Assembly: GCA_947650795.1 (NCBI GenBank)
Contig: CANSWR010000002.1
Location: 1 to 63,641 of the forward strand
Length of the DNA stretch: 63,641 nucleotides
Direction of reading: 5' to 3'
DNA from: an uncultured Bacillota bacterium
Lineage (GTDB): Bacteria > Bacillota_I > Bacilli_A > RF39 > UBA660
Every line of letters starts with the position of its first letter. Position 1 is the first letter of the stretch. A program made the position numbers and the translations under genes. Shown here in pieces: positions 61,163 through 63,641 of this stretch. The notes beneath the pieces were generated by a model that worked only from the letters and a program-made list of their open reading frames with translations, was not told where the DNA came from and made no database searches.

Positions 61163-61375
61163 CTAAAAAAAGTTTCGGATAATATTTGTTTCTCTTATAC
61201 TTTTTCTACCATAATCTAAATTATGAAAAATTATTTTTAAAGAGAAATTACTAAGACGAACAACTCCACTAGTGACATGAACTCCTGAGTAGTACAATCG
61301 GCCAGGATTACCAGAACCAATCACAGTGAACACAAACACATAGCCATTAATCCAACAATGCGGACTCATACACAC
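61163..61375 (-). CDS. array mini-ORF 10
   Basis: ORF track: MCMSPHCWINGYVFVFTVIGSGNPGRLYYSGVHVTSGVVRLSNFSLKIIFHNLDYGRKSIRETNIIRNFF. The family-typical ATG (MSP) is at 61369. Confidence 0.55.
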   Translation of the reverse strand: MCMSPHCWINGYVFVFTVIGSGNPGRLYYSGVHVTSGVVRLSNFSLKIIFHNLDYGRKSIRETNIIRNFF

Positions 61376-61480
61376 TTTTATTAAATATTATTACAAAAAT
61401 AATGTCTAAAAATATCTTAATATAATATTTTTTTAATATACTATTTTAAATAATATTTGTTTCTCTTAAAACTTTTTCTA

Positions 61481-61654
61481 CTATAACATAATATTATGAA
61501 AAAACTTTATCAAAGAGAAATTACTAAGACGAACGACTCCATTCTCATTAATGTACTTCCAATTCAAGCGGCCAGCACTACTGGAAGTGCCTACCCAAAA
61601 CACAGCAGTACTTACATAACTATCACCATACCAGTAAAAGTAATACGGACTCAT
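61481..61654 (-). CDS. array mini-ORF 11
   Basis: MSPYYFYWYGDSYVSTAVFWVGTSSSAGRLNWKYINENGVVRLSNFSLIKFFHNIML. The track ORF starts 9 codons further upstream, at 61681. Confidence 0.55.
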   Translation of the reverse strand: MSPYYFYWYGDSYVSTAVFWVGTSSSAGRLNWKYINENGVVRLSNFSLIKFFHNIML

Positions 61655-61784
61655 ATCCAAATTCTTTCTAATATCATTCAATTTAATTTTTAACTGATAA
61701 AATTATCATTAATTAAATTACCTAGTTTTTTAAAACTATGAATAATATTTGTTTCTCTTAAAACTTTTTCTACTATAATTTACA

Positions 61785-61925
61785 TTATGAAAAAACTTTA
61801 TTAAAGAGAAATTTCGGACGAACGACTCCATCTGAATCACTAACATATGCGAAGGCCAAACGACCAGCATCTCCAGAACTCACAATGAACACAGCCGCCA
61901 AAGTAGCAAACCGAGACGGACTCAT
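61785..61925 (-). CDS. array mini-ORF 12
   Basis: MSPSRFATLAAVFIVSSGDAGRLAFAYVSDSDGVVRPKFLFNKVFS. Confidence 0.55.
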   Translation of the reverse strand: MSPSRFATLAAVFIVSSGDAGRLAFAYVSDSDGVVRPKFLFNKVFS

Positions 61926-62002
61926 TATTTTTGATTATCAAAATATAATATTTATAAATTTACTAATATGTATTAATAATGTATTTTCCATCTATAATAT
62001 TT

Positions 62003-62115
62003 AATAAATAATATTTTATTATTGAAATCACTAAGAAATATTCTAATATTAAAAGTTTAAATATCATAGTACAATTTGAACATAGCACATAGAACATACG
62101 CCTTGCAATAGCAAT
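62003..62115 (-). pseudogene. decayed array unit (12b), homologous to unit 7b
   Basis: ..ACAATTTGAACATAGCACATAGAACATACGCCTTGCAATAG.. aligns with unit 7b at roughly four of five positions by eye. Confidence 0.6.
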
Positions 62116-62165
62116 ATACAACGAAAAATTTTTTAATTAATAATACTTATTTTTACATTTTCCCA

Positions 62166-62468
62166 TTAAAATACTAATATAAAAATAAGCTTATCTAATT
62201 TTAGCATAAAAACTTTTAACTTAAAATAAAAATATATCAATTTCTTTAAAGTACAAATCATCTTAAACAATATTTGTTTCTCTAATATTTTTTCTACTAT
62301 AAAATTAATTATGAAAAAAACTATATTTAAAGAGAAATTTCTGAGACGAACAACTCCATTAGTGCCATAGTCAACATTTACATTCCACAACTGGCCAGGA
62401 CTACCAGAACCATGCACATCTAACATAAATACACGATTGTTAATATTATTCCAACAATACGGACTCAT
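62166..62468 (-). CDS. array mini-ORF 13 (long read-through tail)
   Basis: ORF track: MSPYCWNNINNRVFMLDVHGSGSPGQLWNVNVDYGTNGVVRLRNFSL... Only the first 41 codons belong to the family. The rest is flank and spacer that happens to stay open. Confidence 0.5.
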   Translation of the reverse strand: MSPYCWNNINNRVFMLDVHGSGSPGQLWNVNVDYGTNGVVRLRNFSLNIVFFIINFIVEKILEKQILFKMICTLKKLIYFYFKLKVFMLKLDKLIFILVF

Positions 62469-62623
62469 TTAAAATTTTACTAAAATATCATCTTAATTTA
62501 ATTAACATCATTTATTAATAAAGAATATTCAATTATTTACTAACTCTCAATTATAAATAATATAATTTTAGCCATTATAGCATGGACAATATTTATTTCT
62601 CTTAAACTTTTTCTACTATAAAA

Positions 62624-62776
62624 TTAATTATGAAAAAACTTTATTAAAGAGAAATTTCCAGAACGAACGACTCCATCAATGTCATGGACGCTCGTATAAC
62701 TCAATTGGCCGGGACCATATGAATCCCACACAATGAACACGCGTGCAAAGCCACTCCAAAACTCATGCGGACTCAT
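62624..62776 (-). CDS. array mini-ORF 14
   Basis: MSPHEFWSGFARVFIVWDSYGPGQLSYTSVHDIDGVVRSGNFSLIKFFHN. Confidence 0.55.
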   Translation of the reverse strand: MSPHEFWSGFARVFIVWDSYGPGQLSYTSVHDIDGVVRSGNFSLIKFFHN

Positions 62777-62914
62777 TTATATTTTTTACAATATCATCTT
62801 AATTCAATTATTTACTTACTCTTAATTATAAATAATATAATTTTAGTCATTATGACATAGACAATATTTGTTTCTCTATAAATTTTTCTACTATAAAATT
62901 AATTATGAAAAACT

Positions 62915-63046
62915 TTATAAAGAGAAATTTCTAGGACGAACGACTCCGCGATCATCTTGAACGCCTGCATAACCCAACAGGCCAGGACCACCAGAACTCA
63001 CAATGAACACGAGCGCGTTACCACTCCAAAACTCATGCGGACTCAT
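62915..63046 (-). CDS. array mini-ORF 15
   Basis: MSPHEFWSGNALVFIVSSGGPGLLGYAGVQDDRGVVRPRNFSL. Confidence 0.55.
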   Translation of the reverse strand: MSPHEFWSGNALVFIVSSGGPGLLGYAGVQDDRGVVRPRNFSL

Positions 63047-63232
63047 TTATATTTTTTACAATATCATCTTAATTTAATTAATATCATTTATCAATAAAGA
63101 ATATTCAATTATTTACTAACTCTCAATTATAAATAATATAATTTTTAGTCATTATGACATAGACAATATTTGTTTCTCTATAAATTTTTTCTACTATAAA
63201 ATTAATTATGAAAAAACTTTATTAAAGAGAAA

Positions 63233-63358
63233 TTACTGACGAACTACTCCATTACCATTGCTGACACTCCCGCCCCACAACTGGCCAGGATAATCAGAAC
63301 CAAATACATGGAACAGAATCGCACCGTCATCAATAATACCAGAACGATACGGACTCAA
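63233..63358 (-). CDS. array mini-ORF 16 (TTG in place of ATG)
   Basis: (M)SPYRSGIIDDGAILFHVFGSDYPGQLWGGSVSNGNGVVRQ. This is the rightmost unit, i.e. the first one on the minus strand. Confidence 0.45.
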   Translation of the reverse strand: MSPYRSGIIDDGAILFHVFGSDYPGQLWGGSVSNGNGVVRQ

Positions 63359-63513
63359 ATTTTTCAATACTATCCAATTTTATTTTATCAAAAATATATT
63401 CAAATTACAAATTAAAGTAGCATATACAGTTACGTACACAAATAAAATATGAAAAGTTAAAATTTTCAAATAATAATTATATTAAAAACAATAAAAGCGA
63501 ACAAAAATTCATC

Positions 63514-63552
63514 AACAGAAAAACCGACGACAAGCATAGCTTGCCGTCGGTA
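63514..63552 (-). terminator. strong rho-independent terminator upstream (minus-strand sense) of the array
   Basis: ACCGACGGCAAGC / GCTTGTCGTCGGT (13-bp stem, 4-nt loop), followed on the minus strand by TTTTTCTGTTG. Confidence 0.8.
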
Positions 63553-63641
63553 TGGTTAGCCCTCGAAATGGTTTTCTCGGTCTGTGTACCCCCTTATTTA
63601 CCTTGCTTCTTATCCATTCATCAACGTATATGGACTTGCTC
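63553..63641 (-). other. GC-rich, probably structured RNA segment running off the right edge (unassigned)
   Basis: Minus strand: GAGCAAGTCCATATACGTTGATGAATGGATAAGAAGCAAGGTAAATAAGGGGGTACACAGACCGAGAAAACCATTTCGAGGGCTAACCAT. GC is well above local coding DNA. There is a TCCAT...ATGGA hairpin, and it ends in the terminator. Confidence 0.25.

Larger units (their letters stand above)
58270..63400 (-). repeat. tandem array of 16 intact and 2 decayed units of about 300 bp, each a hypervariable mini-ORF between conserved AT-rich flanks
   Basis: The motif CGGACTCAT (plus strand) recurs at 58425, 58748, 59040, 59342, 59648, 59910, 60198, 60725, (61136), 61369, 61654, 61925, 62468, 62776, 63046 and (63358). 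Each is preceded, 105-125 nt to the left, by GACGAAC(G/A/T)ACTCC. Further left lies the conserved block AATATTTGTTTCTCT-N-TTTTCTACTATAA-N-ATTATGAAAAAACTTTAT-AAAGAGAAATT. Confidence 0.95.

Noticed and set aside
58270-63400. CRISPR array
   Set aside because: The conserved parts are about 170-190 bp and AT-rich rather than 24-50-bp repeats. The variable parts are homologous to each other, share framework positions and keep an open frame. No cas genes are present in the window.
58270-63400. DGR template/variable repeats served by the RT at 1853..2896
   Set aside because: The RT has retron motifs (NAxxH, QGxxxS, VTG) rather than DGR-type ones, and it lies 55 kb away. The units differ at all four bases and in length, not only at adenines of one template copy. 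No accessory (avd-like) gene or IMH-like GC clamp is seen. Only the resemblance of the peptide to a lectin-fold variable region is retained, as a hypothesis.
58270-63400. Chromosomal integron-like cassette array, with the conserved dyad as attC
   Set aside because: The flank does have an imperfect dyad (TTTCTCTT...AAGAGAAA). However, all cassettes encode one homologous family and the AT-rich spacers are homologous too. This fits tandem duplication of a whole unit, not capture of unrelated cassettes. There is no intI-like gene in the window, and integrons are not known in Firmicutes as far as I recall.
58270-63400. Classical type I toxin-antitoxin repeats
   Set aside because: The convergent promoter layout fits, but the peptides are Gly/Ser/Trp/Asn-rich with no transmembrane helix, unlike known type I toxins. 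It is kept only as a regulatory analogy.
58270-63400. GAGTC direct repeats bracketing each core as a recombination site
   Set aside because: The 5' copy (ATGAGTCCG) is invariant, but the 3' copy is GGAGTC in only 9 units. It is GGAGTT in 5 units and GGAGTA in 2. That variation is the synonymous wobble position of a Val codon, so the apparent repeat is explained by coding.
63553-63641. RNase P RNA, SRP RNA or T-box leader at the right edge
   Set aside because: Only short motif-like strings are present (AAGTCCAT, GAAGCA, GGGGGTAC). The terminator follows about 100 nt after the RNase-P-like string, which is incompatible with a 400-nt RNase P RNA. The SRP GGAA tetraloop context and the T-box ACCGCG core are both absent.

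Overview
This is an AT-rich chromosomal segment from an endospore-forming, low-GC Firmicute. Almost every gene is on the minus strand. All calls rest on reading the sequence and the ORF track by eye, and all homology statements are from memory of family motifs. No searches were run.

Most of the window is conserved housekeeping, division and sporulation backbone: trmB, der, engB, two M16 peptidases, deoD, ftsK, ezrA, rpsD, ftsZ, ftsA, a SEDS protein, mraY, a class B PBP, tkt, lexA, a rhomboid protease, rluD, lspA, ylmC, sigG, sigE, spoIIGA, rpe, rsgA, prkC, prpC, tsf and rpsB.

Two regions look accessory.

(1) Left end, 1-3.6 kb. A retron-type reverse transcriptase (NAxxH, YSDD and VTG motifs) has a candidate msr/msd region just upstream. 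It is followed by an XRE regulator, two small membrane proteins and a Fic protein.

(2) Right end, about 58.27-63.40 kb. This is the most unusual feature. It is a tandem array of 16 intact and 2 decayed units of roughly 300 bp.
- Each unit carries a GC-rich, hypervariable mini-ORF on the minus strand. It runs from MSP at the start to GVVR at the end, 36-42 codons between these anchors, and is in frame in all 16 units.
- The mini-ORF sits between AT-rich non-coding flanks that are more conserved than the coding core.
- There is no Shine-Dalgarno sequence, and a convergent promoter-like dyad lies on the 3' side.
- The peptides have a framework/hypervariable layout that recalls the C-terminal variable part of DUF1566/FISUMP-type lectin-fold domains.

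I could not assign this array to any described system (not CRISPR, not a DGR, not an integron, not a classical type I toxin-antitoxin). I regard it as the best candidate for something new.
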